NCBI GenBank assembly: GCA_964188305.1
Contig: OZ076886.1
DNA: 64,000 bases
Reading direction: 5' to 3' (one strand)
Origin: Podarcis bocagei
Taxonomy: Eukaryota
A program made the position numbers and the translations under genes. The stretch's first letter is position 1. Every line of letters begins with the position of its first letter. The notes under the pieces are model-generated. The model had not been told where the DNA came from and made no database searches. It saw only the letters and a list, made by a program, of their open reading frames with translations. Below, in pieces: positions 37,159 to 50,929 of the stretch.

Positions 37159-39624
37159 CTACAATTCTATGCTCCAGTTAAAACGCGACAGCCGCGCTTG
37201 GTTTTCTTTGCAAGAAGAGCTCAAAATCTTAAACCGGGACTCCCCATCTTCTCTTGCAACAAACCTACAGCTTTTGACCGTGCGAAAAGGCTGGCTTTTA
37301 TTTCTCTCTGTATGAAGGTTGTTCGAGCCTTTGGGGGGCGTGTACATCAAAGCCCGCCCCCCCAACCATTCATTTGCACGTCCGGGGAGGACGTTTGTCA
37401 TCGGCTTCTAGGTTCTCGTCACTTGAGGGGAAAGTCGGGTTGACTAAGGAGCGAAATGAGACAATAAATAATAAATAAGTTTTTCACAGAATTTTGATGA
37501 GGTCATTAGTTAAAATGGGAAGTCAAGCCCTAAGGTATTAGGAGCTGGATTTGAGCAAAAACCAAGACAAATCTTAGGCTGCCAGCTTTTGTTTTTCTCT
37601 GGCTGGTTGTAATGGGTTTCTGCTTCCTCCTGAAGAATAGTAGATTAGAAAATTGAAAAGGGGGGGGGGAGAGCATTAAAGGAGGATATTTATTTAGGTT
37701 TTACCCTCCTGATGTTGTTGGCCTACAGCTCCCATTAGCCCCAATGTTTTCTGGGCTTGATGAGAGATGTACTTACAACATCTGGAGGGCCCAGGGTTTC
37801 CCCTAGCCAATTGAGATGTGTATCCCTATTCCAGAGGTTCATGGTTTGTAAAAGCGCATTCAGAACTGAATTACTGAAATGTGTTCAGAGTAGATCTCTG
37901 GTAGATCTCACACATGACTAAATTGTATCTCCTTGCTGTGTTAATGATCAGTTTGAGTGGGGTTTCCATGACAAGACATACGAAGCTCATGAGACTCTTA
38001 ATCTCAGGGTCGTGGCTTTGAGCCCCACATTGTGGATGGGACTAGATTATATCAGATGGCAGGCCTCCTTGGAGTAGACCCACTGAAGTGAATAGGCATT
38101 ACTAACTTACATTCATTAATTTTAGTGGGTCTACTTTCAGTAGAACTTAGATGGATGACCCTCTGTCATTCACATCAGTGGTCACTACATGACTGAATGT
38201 GCATATTTTGTCTATGCATAGACCAAGGGTGGGGAAACCTTTTAGCTCAGTGTACCTGGCCTGCCAAATTTGACAGGTGGTTGGGACCACCTGCCTATCA
38301 ATCAGCTGCCATTGACATCTGGTGATAGGTGGCCTCCCTTATGCGGGGAAGATATAACTAAGGGCAGGATTGAACTTCTTGTGCATCCGCTGCTGTGTAG
38401 GGAGTTCAATCCTGCTTTTTGCATCTGCCTCTCCACCTGCATCACACCTAAGGTCGGGTGTGATGCCATGTATAGGGCAGGTGGGTGTAATTTCAGGAGA
38501 AAAACAGCTTCATGGGCCAAGTGGGGAGGCCTGATGGGCCAGGATTGGCCTGGGAGGGCGCCCCCCCCACCTCTCACACTCTTTTCTACATCATTGTTGC
38601 AGTGCCCCCTGCAGCGCAGTGCCCACTGGTCACATCACCCTAAACCACCTCTGTTCCCTATGCCTGGCTCACACCTTTCTTTTTCTTGTTGTTTCCCATG
38701 CACTACCTGCTTCACTTCACTAAGCATGTGCACTAATAACAAAGCTGGAATTAGCAATTGTACGCCCACAGAAAGTGTACCATTGTACAGTTGCTGCTGC
38801 CTTCATACTTCTAGCTCCCACAGCGCTTATGGCGTATGTGTGAAGCTGCATAGTGGAGCAGTACAATAACTCCTACAGCACCTATACTGTGTGTAACAAC
38901 TGCAATTGCCTTTTCTTTTCCATAGTAGAGCAGATAAAAAATAATTAAAAACAGTAGCATTGGAAATGGGTGGGGTTGGCTTTACAGTGGTGAAGAAGAC
39001 CAGCTCCACTACTAAGATTTTTATTTTTTTTTAAAGCTACAGGTAACACTGGATGGAGCCCCCATGCAGTTATGCCTTCAGAAATACACTCAAAACAATA
39101 TTTCTGTGGCTGTTGTGGAGCTGCTCCTGAAATTTTCATGCTCACCCTCTCAAGGAGACCGAATGTGTCTTGTTGCTGCTGTGCAGCACCACTCTCAGCA
39201 GCTGCTGCTTCAAAGTGAAAAGAATTAGGCAACTTGCTGTGGCTGCTCCCAGAAACGGATTGGCCCAGGTGTGCTGTGATGAACCAAAATGGAGCAGAAG
39301 GACCGTGATGGTATGCTGTACCCCAAAAAGTATCAAATAAGGTCTCAGAAAATCACCACCTCCAAGCACTGAATAGTTATGCTTCCAGCTGGATTTGAAA
39401 CAGCCAGTTTTCATGACTATACCATTTACTTGCGTCCCCCCACATTTAGGGGAAACCTACACAATCCATGTTGTGGGAGGGGGGGGATCAGGACATCTTC
39501 AGTGCCAGTACGATGTCATGCAGCTGAAAATGAGTGCCTGGGGCACTGCAGATGCAAAGTAAACTGCTTGTGTGGAGGTCCCATAGAGTATAAGAACTAG
39601 ACTGTAGGAGCAGACCAAAAGCCT

Positions 39625-39855
39625 AATAATAATTTTATTATTTATACCCCGCCCATCTGGCTGGGTTTCCCCAGCCACTCTGGGCATATCCCCAACAGAA
39701 CACTAAAAACAAAATAAAACTTCAAACATTAAAAACTTCCCTAAACGGGGCTGCCTTCAGATGTCTTCTAACAGTTAGATAGTTGTTTATTTCCTTGACA
39801 TCTGATGGGAGGGCATTCCACAGGACGGGCGCCACCACCGAGAAGGCCCTCTGCC
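39625..39855 (-). mobile_element. L2 3' end fragment
   Basis: Reverse complement of the tail seen at 12180-12250 plus 14480-14620. Confidence 0.85.
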
Positions 39856-39859
39856 TATC

Positions 39860-41190
39860 AAGTAAGTCCAGGATTCTGCTTCCTGCAGTGGCCAACCAAG
39901 TGCCTTTGGGAAGCCCTCAGGCACGACATGAAGGCAAAAGCCCTTAGCTGCTGTTGACCCCAGCAACTGGGATTTGAGAGCGTACTGCCTCTGAACCTGG
40001 GTGAATCTCATTTATTTATCACTGCTCATAGCATTAGCTATTGATTGACATTCTTCCCAGAATTTATCTAAGCTCCTTTTTAAGCCGTGTAATCCATTGC
40101 ATCCTGGGGCAACAAATTCCATGTTAATGAAATAATGTGGGAAGAAGTATATATACTTTTGTCTGCCTTGAATTTTCTCCTAGTCAGTTTCACTGGATGA
40201 GCCTAAATTCTGGTATTATGGGAGAAGGGGGACAGTTTTTTTTCCACCTTCTCAACACTGTGCATAAATTTATAAGGCTCTAGGACAGCCATAGTTATCT
40301 TCCCCTCCAAACTACACAGGCACCAATGACTTTTTCATAAGGAATTGCTCCAGCACCTTGATCATTTTGACTGCTGTTTTCTACACCTTTTCCTGTCCTG
40401 TGATGTCCTGTGATGACCATGCCTGCACACAGTGTTCCAGCTATGAGTGCACCACACAATAAGTAGACATTTTCATTGAAATATCCACTCCAACCTCAAA
40501 ATCTCTTCCTGGATTATGATGAAGAAGAAGAAGAGGAGAAGAAGAGTTTGGATTTGATATCCCGCTTTATCACTACCCGAAGGAGTCTCAAAGTGGCTAA
40601 CATTCTCCTTTCCCCTCCTCTCCCACAACAAACACTCTGTGAGGTGAGTGGGGCTGAGAGACTTCAAAGAAGTGTGACTAGCCCAAGGTCACCCAGCAGC
40701 TGCATGTGGAGGAGCAGGGACGCGAACCTGGTTCACCAGATTACGAGTCTACTGTTCTTAACCACTACACCACACTGGCTCTCACACCACACTGGCTCTC
40801 TGTGATCTTTAGTAGTACTGTATTACTATTTTTGCTCTAATGTCCATAGTGTTCCACTTACTTACACTGAACTTCGTCTTTTGTTTTATTGCACATTCTT
40901 CTGCTTTGGAGAAATTCACCATTGTTTGGGGTTTTCACCATGTTGAATGGTTTTGTGTGATCTGAAGCTTGGCTACCTGACTGCTCACCCTTGAGCCTGG
41001 TTAATGTAGGAACACGTTAAATAACATTGGTCCCAGTGTGGATACTCAAGGACTTACTTCTTACTTTCATCTACTGTGAGACATTGAACTGTCCATTTAT
41101 TCATTTTCACTTAGAACCACAGAGTTGGAATAGACCACAAGGGCCATCGAGTCCAACCCCCTGCCAAGCAGGAAACACCATCAGCGCACT
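39860..41190 (-). mobile_element. Decayed CR1 LINE 3' fragments
   Basis: CR1-like segments (TCCTGGGGCAACAAATTCCA, GCACACAGTGTTCCAG, CACTTACTTACACTGAACTTC) and a separate CR1 terminus at 41112-41190. Confidence 0.65.
40520..40800 (-). mobile_element. tRNA/CORE-type SINE with L2-like tail (Squam3-like); an older related copy lies at ~43790-43960
   Basis: Minus head GAGAGCCAGTGTGGTGTAGTGGTTAAGA...GGTTCGCGTCCC, core GCTGGGTGACCTTGGGCTAGTCAC, (CTT)n tail. Confidence 0.85.
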
Positions 41191-42244
41191 TCTTCCTGTT
41201 TGACCAGTTTCTGATCCATAAAGTAAAATCTGTGATTGATCTAAGCTTTACTTTAGTAATGTATGATGTGGTTGGTATATGTGCCAACTTGGAACTAATG
41301 CAGAGCACCCCCTTAACAGATTTCATATCTGCAAACAGCTCTAAAACATGATTAGAAAGCTTACCAGCAAGCAGGCAGGGCTCTCTTCCCTTCATTTCAA
41401 AGAGTGCTGCCTCTAAATTGCGCGGGTGGGAGTGGGGGAGGAGAGAAAATGAAATGTGACCTAAAACATTTATTAGAAATTTTGTAGCTTTCTGCAGGCT
41501 CGAGTTGAAAGTCTTTCCTAAAAAGAGGAAATGTTTCAGAACTCAGATCATTAAAGGCTATGTTCCTTCACCTATATCTGTGTGATGGATAACACCTTAG
41601 TCACTCAGTCAACTCAATGAGATCAGTGGGGTTACTCCAAAAGGAAAGCACAGATCAAGGTAAGAATCTGTCCCTAACAGAATATATGCTGACGACAACT
41701 TCTCTATACACAATATATTCAAAAGCAAGATGTGCAAAAATCCATTCTGAGCTTAGGAATCTCAGCCCTCACGCCCTTTTCTGCTTCTTCTTACTAATGT
41801 AAGTACTGTAGTACATTAGTACTTCTCCCTGGGCAATTTTAGATGCCAAGAAACCTGTAACAAATTTCATTGTGAACTTGAACTCGGGGAACCAAAACAG
41901 CTTTTTTCCTTTGCCCGAGAGATATTAGGAAGGACAATGACATTTCATGTTGGTAGATTACACATAATATCTGCTGCTGCTATGTTCTGTCAGGGTTATT
42001 TGTTGCCAAGGGATCAAGAAAGACTACAAATTCAGAAGAAAAATGAGCATTTGTTGGCTGTCAAAATTGAACAAACAAAATGGGAACCTACACTGGGAGC
42101 AGACGATGTTATAAACATGGAAAGCAAGAATCTGGCCATGCTGCATATGATGGCATATTCCCTTTGGAACTCCCTCCTGTTGTATATCAGACAGACCCCA
42201 TCTCTATTATCTTTCTGGTGCCTATTGAAGAACATCCCTGTTTC

Positions 42245-43540
42245 TTCTTTTTTTTTAATAATAATATTTATTAGTTTTCCAACAAATTGAACACAACACT
42301 ACAAAAAACCAAAAAAGAAAAGGCATACAATAATACAATACAATAATAATAATAAAAAAAAATCCCCTGCAAAACGCTAACATACAACTAACAAAACAAA
42401 ACAAAAACTATTTAAAACACAGTCCAATTTCAATATCTTATCTTTCTTTCACTAATTTCCATGACCTCCTCGCACCTCCCTTTTTGTATTCCACTTCTAT
42501 TAATTGTTTCAGCAATTCCTTTCCATCATCCTCTGTTTTCTATCCTATAATTGTCTTAACACATTCTAACCTTATTTTTCCCTTTAATGCTCTATTAATC
42601 TATTTATACTTAATTCCTTATGACATTTCTACTAAAGCCATATAACTTCGTTCCATCATTTTTCTAACATTCATTAATTTTACAGTATTTCTGTAAATAG
42701 TCTTTAAACTTTTTCCAGTCTTCTTCCACCGACTCTTCTGCCTGGACTCGGATTCTGCCAGTCATTTCCGCCAATTCCATGTAGTCCATCAACTTCATCT
42801 GCCATTCTTCCCTGGTGGGTAAATCTTGTGTCTTCCAATATTTTGCGATGAGTATTCTTGCTGCTGTTGTTGCATACATAAAAAAAGTTCTATCCTTCTT
42901 TAACACCAATTGGCCGACCATGCCCAGGAGAAAGGCCTCTGGTTTCTTAAGGAAGGTATATTTAAATACCTTTTTCATTTCATTATAAATCATCTCCCAG
43001 AATGCCTTAATCCTTGGGCACGTCCACCAAAGGTGAAAGAATGTACCTTCAGCCTCATTACATTTCCAACATTTATTATCGGGCAAATGGTAGATTTTTT
43101 GAAGCTTAACTGGTGTCATGTACCACCTATAAATCATTTTCATTAAATTTTCTCTTAAGGCATTACATGCCGTAAATTTCATACCTGTGATCCATAACCG
43201 TTCCCAGTCAGCCATCATTATGTTATGTCCAACATCTTGTGCCCATTTAATCATAGCTGATTTCACCGTTTCATCCTGAGTGTTCCATTTCAACAGCAAG
43301 TTATACATTCTTGACAAATTCTTAGTTTTTGGATCTAACAATTCTGTTTCCAATTTTGATTTTTCCACCTGGAAACCAACTTTTTTGTCCAATTTGTATG
43401 CCTCCATTATTTGATAGTAATGCAGCCAATCTCGCACTTTGTTTTTCAATTTTTCAAAGCTCTGCAATTTTATTCTCTCTCCATCTTGTTTCAGAATTTC
43501 CCAATATTTCGGCCATTTGGCCTCCATATTGAGTTTCAAT
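42245..43540 (-). mobile_element. 5'-truncated young L1, inserted in an L2 tail remnant
   Basis: Poly(T) end on plus, GT-rich 3'UTR on minus, TSD ATCCCTGTTTC (42234-42244, 43541-43551). Confidence 0.95.
42664..43539 (-). CDS. L1 ORF2 C-terminal fragment with CCHC motif
   Basis: RWYMTPVKL...CWKCNEAEGTFFHLWWTCPRIKAFW...AARILIAKYWK. Confidence 0.92.
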   Translation of the reverse strand: MKLNMEAKWPKYWEILKQDGERIKLQSFEKLKNKVRDWLHYYQIMEAYKLDKKVGFQVEKSKLETELLDPKTKNLSRMYNLLLKWNTQDETVKSAMIKWAQDVGHNIMMADWERLWITGMKFTACNALRENLMKMIYRWYMTPVKLQKIYHLPDNKCWKCNEAEGTFFHLWWTCPRIKAFWEMIYNEMKKVFKYTFLKKPEAFLLGMVGQLVLKKDRTFFMYATTAARILIAKYWKTQDLPTREEWQMKLMDYMELAEMTGRIRVQAEESVEEDWKKFKDYLQKYCKINEC

Positions 43541-44763
43541 ATCCCTGTTTCAATGAGCCTTTCAAGTGGAGATTTTCTCTTCTCTCCCGGTCTGTGTCTG
43601 TATCAAAATCGAAATTGGTTTTATTTATGTTTTTATTGTTGGTATCTTTATTGCTGTTGAGGTTTAATAGAAAGTGATTCATCAGTACAATGAAATAAAT
43701 AATACGTATTATTAATCCAATGCTAATCTATGATTTTCTAAGGCACCACACTATTTTCTCAATGAAAATGCTAGTTTGCAAAGTAATGTTCTTTATTGTC
43801 CTCTTCCCCATTTTATCTTCACAACAAACCTGTGGGATAGGTGAGTCTGAGCGAGAGTGACAGCTCTAAGTTCACTCAGTTAACTTCATAGCTAAGTGAG
43901 AATTTGAACCCTGCTCTTCAAGGACATAGGCTTCACACTTCCATCCACAACAGCTATGGCACCTCTTTTACTTTCTTTTTGGTGCCTTGCAAATACTTTT
44001 TAAAAATTCTCCCTGGCTTTTTAATGTTTGTTACATTTTTAATAGCATTGAATTATTCATATTTTTAAAAAATTTCAATCTGTTTATAAAACAGCTGGGA
44101 AGTGTGTTATATAGCTCTCTGAGATTGCACTCATATTGTGATATAGTATGATTATGGCTCTGTTGTGCTGGATTTTGCTTGCTTGATTTTACTTTTATTG
44201 TCTACTGTGATTTGTATGCTGCCTACAGAATATGCTTTATAAGTAAACTCATATAGTAAATAATTGTGGTGTCTAGGAAGAGTGTGGCTGCAATCATAGA
44301 TGGGCATTGGGCCATGTGATCAGTTATGCAGGGCAGGACTTACCTGGGCCACCCAATATCTTATTCAAGTTGGTACCCCTGAACTGGTTTAACTGTTAAT
44401 CCCATTTCACTGCTTATTGAGTCTGATCCTTGTAGTTTTGTGAAGGGGCTTGAGACATCCAACAAGGTGCTCTGGTTTTTGCTTTTTAAAAAAATTGGTC
44501 AGAGTTAAAGTCTCCAGAGCATAATGCTGCTGGACTTGCTATCAACTTCCGAGACTGTCCACAACATTATTCATGGATTCCCTCCTCCTCTCTCTTACTT
44601 GTTGGCTATTTCACACGAGGAATAGTGTCTCTTACATAGAAAGAATATCAATGCTGACTAGGGCACACTGCTCTTGCTCTGTACTTTAAAGCAATAATTG
44701 TGCTAGTCAAGCTCAGTATTATGACTGAGTCTCTGAAATTAGACTATTTAGACCTGTTAGCTA

Positions 44764-45118
44764 AAGTAAAGGTAAAGGGACCCCTGACCATTAGGTCCAG
44801 TCGTGGCCGACTCTGGGGTTGTGGCGCTCATCTCACTTTATTGGCTGAGGGAGCCGGCGTACAGCTTCTGGGTCATGTGGCCAGCATCACTAAGCCGCTT
44901 CTGGCGAACCAGAGCAGCGCACGGAAACGCCGTTTACCTTCCCGCTGGAGTGGTACCTATTTATCTACTTGCACTTTAACGTGCTTTTGAACTGCTAGGT
45001 TGGCAGGAGCAGGGACCGAGCAATGGGAGCTCACCCCGTCGCAGGGATTCGAACCACCGACCTTCTGATCGGCAAGTCCTAGGCTCTGTGGTTTAACCCA
45101 CAGCGCCACCCGCGTCCC
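44764..45118 (-). mobile_element. Sauria SINE
   Basis: TSD TAGACCTGTTAGCTA (44749-44763, 45119-45133). Confidence 0.95.
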
Positions 45119-45561
45119 TAGACCTGTTAGCTAGGTGTAGTCTAAAATCACATGCCATCACCTTGGTAAAGCTAAGCACATGGGCATAGCCAGGAGCTGG
45201 GGGTAGGCTGCCCTCCCCAATCAAGTAAATAAATAGAAATACTTAACTAACTGACCAATTGCATCACAGATATCTCAGTTCTGTGCCCCAACATAAAGCA
45301 TGCCCCCCTCTAAAATAAATCCTGGCGACACCCATGGCAAAGCAAGTCTGAGTCTGTCTAGTGTCTGGAGAGAAACTTTCTGAGAACTGCATGTGTCCTG
45401 CCTTGAGTTCCATGATGGAAAAAGGGTGGGATATGAATACATGAAAATATATTTGAAAATTAAACAGACAGTGCTACTTGCTGGGTGATGCTCAGTGCAA
45501 GCCTATCGGTATAGAGAGAGTACATAATGGCCCATTAAAGATTATTTCTATTAGCCTATAG

Positions 45562-45685
45562 CAAGTGTGGGGAACCTTTGGTCCTCCAGATGTTGCTAAA
45601 TCACAGCTCCCATCATCCTGGGCCATGCTTGTAGGGGCTGATGGGAGCTCAGCAACATCTGGAGGGCCAAAGGTTCCCCGCACCT
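45562..45685. mobile_element. hAT MITE
   Basis: Inverted arms GGGGAACCTTTGGTCCTCCAGATGTTGCT / AGCAACATCTGGAGGGCCAAAGGTTCCCC. Confidence 0.8.
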
Positions 45686-48284
45686 CCAGCACAGCTTCTC
45701 ATAATTTCGTAGTAGAAACTTGTACTAAACACACAGCGATTGCAACCGCAATGTCCTTGATTGGAATAAATTGTGCAATTTATGAAAATTAGAATTATAC
45801 AACTGAATTTGTGCGCAATTTTCTTGCATGTATCTAATTTGATTTGGTACTTTGGATTTTAATGGCTGCTGTAGATTATCTTAAATATGGTCTCATTCAA
45901 TCACTCACTTCCCAACATTTATTGTGCTTCTGGTTCCAGAGGCAATGTGTTAAACAGCTTCTGACTATTCCTTGTACTCTGTCTTTCTCCTGGCTGTCTA
46001 CAAGCACTTCCGCTCTAGGTGTATGGTGTTACCCCACTCCCAACACCATGCAGACCACAAACAAGGTCCATTGTGAGACCAGCAGCCAGCAGTGTGATTC
46101 CAGGTCTTCTTCCACAGAGTTGCCAGCTTTCTTGTTCCAGCTGGTTCTGGTGCCTTTGCAAGCAGCTAGACACACAGCCATATAACAGGTGAAGCCATGT
46201 CCAACTTGGGGGTGCCCAGCAAGGGGGTGAACATCTGATACTATGACATATGCAGCTTCCAACATGGTGCCCTGCAGGTGTTGCTGGACCACAGATCCCA
46301 CCATTCCTGACCACTGCCTATTCTGACTGAAGCTGATGGGAGTTGGAATACAGCAACATCTGGGGGGGGGGGGTTGCCCATCTAGTGGGAGGCCATACCT
46401 GGGGCTTGAACCTGTACCCCATGAAAGGCCTTTCTTGGAGGTTGGAAGGTTGTGGGGCCTGCCTGAAAAATGTGGGATGGGCACAGGGGGAGATCAAGAA
46501 GGAGGAGGTGGAAATTTTCCTTCCATGAACTGCCTTAATTTTTCTTGAGATCCTAAAGATTTCCTTTTGCCCCAGCAGCAACCCCCATCGCACACCATTC
46601 AATGCACCCCCCCCACACACAGAGGGGCTCTTTGGGGGAAACGTTTTGCTTCAGGGGGAAGAGAATTTTTTGGGTGGGAATTTTTCCTGCCATAGACCTC
46701 ATTAAGTTGGCTCACCTTAAGATCCAAGTCTATGGAGGGATTTGAGATGGGGCATCATACAGATCTGAGGCAGCCCTCCCTCTAGATGTTTTGCCTGGCA
46801 TTGCAGTGGCTGCAGCTGATGAGCATTGTAGTCCAAATGTACTTGATTGGGGAAGGCTGGATTAGGGAATGAGAGAGAGGGAGGCGGGGTGAGTGGGTTT
46901 GGTAGTGAGTTTGGGAGCAAGGACAAGTATGACAAGAGAGGGCCAATGGCAAAAAAAGAGAGAGCTGCTGTCATGGTTACAGCAAATGGCCAGAGCACAA
47001 GTCTTAAGTGTGTTTGACATGGTGATGATGAGACAGCTCAAGTCTCAGGCAGTTGGAGATGTCAAATGTGGCAGGTGGAGGGAAATACCAGAGGGTCTGT
47101 AGTATAGTACAGTATATTCTCTTTTCCTGAGCTGTGCTGAAATTTGTAGACTCAGAATGAGGAATTGAGATACATTAGGGACAGTTGGCCTGTCCAGATC
47201 TGCTGTGATACTGCTGAAAGTTCAGGTGCTTGCATTACACAACCCTCATTGATGCTAAATCAACAAAGACTGGAATACAAGTGCATAATCCTAGAAGCCA
47301 TCCAAGTCAGCTTTGCCCTAGACTTCATATTAGGATTCAACAGAAATGTTGCTTATAAATTTCCCGGGTGTAGACGTGGTGTTTGAATCAGGAACAGATT
47401 TGGGCAATGCTGATTTCTTTAATGCTACAGGTTTTGTTTATTAAAAGTCTCAGTGTGCAAATGAAATGTCACTGCTTCCTGGTTGTGTTACTGATTTACC
47501 TGCCAGCGAGGGGAACAATTACTCTGACAAATGCCCTGAGAAAGCCCAGGTTGATTTCACTGCAGGTTGTTCTGCTACGGTCCCTGTTGCCTCAGCTGAA
47601 TGCAGCCGAATGAAATCAGTAGCGTGATCTAATAATGCACTATGCAATATGGATTTTGTATACAAATAAATAACCTTGATGCTTGCAAGGGCTGTATATT
47701 TGGAAACTATTTCCCATCCTTTCACAGTCATTGGAAAGGAAAAGCTGATTGTACTGCAGATAGTGATAAAAGAGTTTATGTCCCTTTCCATATGGCAATA
47801 AAAAAAGTATGTGTGTCCATCTGTCTTTGTCTGTCTGTCTTCAAAGCCCAAACACTCACTCCTTCCTTCTTATTCCTTACTGGCACTGCGGTATCTGATC
47901 TTCTGCTTCGCTGCTTGCCACTCCTACCAGTTTTGGCCCTCAAATGCTTGCGAAATCAGTTGGATGCTCAGGGTCTGCAGTGGCATGCTGCAAAGAATTG
48001 CAATGCATCTGCTGTTGTTGCTGTTGTTGTTGTCTTTCACCACTTTCTGCTCAGCCCTGCTGTGAAAATGAAACATTCCAGCAATTAAATAATAATAATA
48101 AATTACTGCGTGCATGCTGTGAATGAACCAGAGAACAGTCTAAATAAATAAATATGGAACCCAAAGCAAATGTAGTTTCTTGCAAACGGCTTCCCTCCAC
48201 CACAGCTGTGCAGAAATGGGAGACCGGCTCTTCTAGCATGGCAAGATAGAACAACTGTGCTTCCTTTTCAGTTATTATTTAGCA

Positions 48285-48910
48285 ATTTCTTCTTCTTCTT
48301 CCCTCCTCCTCCTCCTTTCTTCTTCTTCTTTGGCGATCACTCGTAACTGAGTAGGATTGTCTTCCATGAACATGGTCTTAACAGTGAGTCAATAAGCGAC
48401 TGTGGAGGCCAGTTCTGGATCCACACGGCCTTCCACAATGGGGACATAGGTTTCCGGGAGTTGATCATGGTGAAGGTTTGCCAAGCATGCTTTCCTCTTA
48501 GCATGTTTCTCCCTTTCGTCCTGATTTTGAGCATCTTCAAAGCCCGTGACGCCTTTGGTAAAGGCTGTTCTCCAATTGGATCGATCGCAGGCCAGTGTTT
48601 CCCAATTGTCAGTGTTTATACTACATTTTTAAAGATTTGCCTTAAGAGAGACTTTAAACCTCTTTTGTTGACCACCAGCATTACACTTTCCATTTTTAAG
48701 TTTGGAATAGAGTAGTTGCTTTGGAAGACGGTAATCAGGGGTCCGAACAACATGACCAGTGAAACGAAGTTGATGTTGAAGAATCATTGCTTTGACGCTG
48801 GTGATCTTTGCTTCTTCCAGTACACTGGCATTAGTTTGCCTGTCTTTCCAAGTGATATATAAAAATTTTCTGGGACACTGTTGATGGGATCTTTCAAGGA
48901 GTGGGAGACT
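48285..48910 (-). mobile_element. RTE-clade LINE 3' fragment with (GAA)n tail
   Basis: Translation ITWKDRQTNASVLEEAKITS...QLRFTGHVVRTPDYRLPKQLLYSKL...GGQQKRFK. Confidence 0.88.
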
Positions 48911-48918
48911 TCTTTCTT

Positions 48919-49255
48919 TCCACTGGAAGGACAGATCCTGAAGCTGAGGCTCCAATACTTTGGCCACCTCATGAGAAGAGAAGACTCTCTGGAAAAGACC
49001 CTGATGCTGGGAAAGATGGAGGGCACAAGGAGAAGGGGACGACAGAGGATGAGATGGTTGGACAGTGTTCTCAAAGCTACCAGCATGAGTTTGATCAAGC
49101 TGCGGGAGGCAATGGAAGACAGGAGTGCCTGGCGTGCTCTGGTCCATGGGGTCACGAAGAGTCGGACACGACTAAACAACCACAACCACAACAGCAGCAA
49201 CAACAACACAACACAACACAACACAACACAACACAACACAACACAACACAACACT
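48919..49255 (+). mobile_element. BovB (RTE) 3' end with (CAA)n/(ACACA)n tail
   Basis: LEGQILKLRLQYFGHLMRREDSLEKTLMLGKMEGTRRRGRQRMRWLD; GGGGTCACGAAGAGTCGGACACGACT terminus. Confidence 0.95.
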
Positions 49256-50929
49256 CTATAGGAGGTAATGGGAAGGAGTAACTTCTCTGCAGTTCACAGG
49301 TAAATAACAATAAAGTTATTGTTCTCTTACCTTTGCTTGTAGAAATGTCTCCCATCACTATATTCCTCCATCTGACCTTTCAGGCCTCAGTCTGGTGGAC
49401 CACTTTTTCCTCATGCAGAATTTCCTGCCAGTCAAGGTCTTATTAAGAGGTCCTTCTCCTGCCTCTAGAGGTTAAGTGGGAGGGCAGGCTGGGGAGAGTG
49501 GCCGCATGTCCAACTTTGCAGAGAACAGTCCTCTATTTCAAGAGTTGCCAGAGGACAATCTTCTGTTTGAAGGGGTCCTCTTTTTGAAGGGCTGTCCTGC
49601 CCATGTCCAGTGAGAACAACCAGTAGCGCTTGGGCAGCCGACTGAGCAGGCACATAGATCAATTGGTCACAATCTTCCCTGCTATAGTGAGAAGGCTTCC
49701 ATTTAAATTAAAGCAATTGTTTCAAAAGTAACCTCTATACATATAAGTTAGCACTTGCAAACTCTATGCAGGTTGGTGTCCTCTTTTTTTTTGGTAATGC
49801 CTCAGTGACCACTGGGAGAGGACCCTTCTTTGGCAGTACCCAAATGCACTGGCAGAGGAAGGGGGGTGCAGTGGGTGCGGTCCTCACCAGGTGCCATCCC
49901 TGAGGGGTGTGTGTGACATCGCTGCCCCGCCCCCGGGTGCACAGCATGTGCGCCAGTCTGAGTGCTGGAGCAGCTAGCTCCACCTCTGCCCAAATGGTGA
50001 AACCTTCCCCCTAGATGGGTTAGTTTGGCTCATCCTCTGCTATATCCTAGGTGCCCAGCATCCTCCTTCCTATTCTCTTGTGCTTTTAATGAATGCTTAA
50101 GACCCTCTACCTTTGCGGTTTCAGCTGCTGCTTTGAGCCTGCTTATATTCGTGTAATTTATTATTGTTTTAATCTTATATTTTGGTTGTATTTTGCTGCA
50201 CATGAACCTCTACAATACTTTTTTTTAAATGGAAAGTGTGATATAAGTTCTTAACTGCTGATACTGAGGACTGGGGTGTCATAGCTGAGATTCCTGCATT
50301 GCAGGGGGGTGGATGCATGTGGTTCACTGGTTCTATGTGTTGAAGAAGCCAGGTGGAGCCTGCCCACCCCGCTTGGAAAATCATGGCGTCCATTTTAATT
50401 GCAGTCCTTCCTTTCCACGTATCACACAAATTGGGTGTAAGCCCTGAGTGCTTTGTGGAAATAACAGAACGAGAACCCATTCTAAAATGGCAGCGTGCAG
50501 AGACTGCAATTTTAAGGGAGCACATTCTTGCCTCCATTGCTGTTATGAAACAGAGTTTTCATTACCATAATTAAAAACATAAATACAATGTATTTATATA
50601 ATGCTATTAACCAATGCAGAAGAGTACTTCACTAAATAGCACCACTGTGACTACAAATGATGATGCTCGCCAGGGGTTTAGAGATGTTGCTTGGCCGTTT
50701 CATAACTCACGCAATGCCTTCAATATCTCATAGCTGGGCTATAATAAACAGACTTTTATTTTGCATATCGCATTAAAGCCGGCATTTTAAAAACACTTCA
50801 GGCTCTCCAAGGGCCCCTTCGCATCATTCTGACATAGAATGATTCTCTCTGGGCTGATGAGTTTGTGTGTGCCCTTCACATCACACCTTCCTAGGAATGG
50901 CAGCAGGAACTCCAGCCCAGACTTAGAAA

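Noticed and set aside
37985-38032. tRNA-Lys-like sequence (also tRNA-like heads at 386, 50935, 51130 and 60030)
   Set aside because: Incomplete or mutated cloverleaves, mostly attached to CR1-type tails: SINE heads, not tRNA genes.
50657-50833. Box C-like ATGATGA suggesting a C/D snoRNA
   Set aside because: The nearest CTGA is ~170 nt away and there is no terminal stem.
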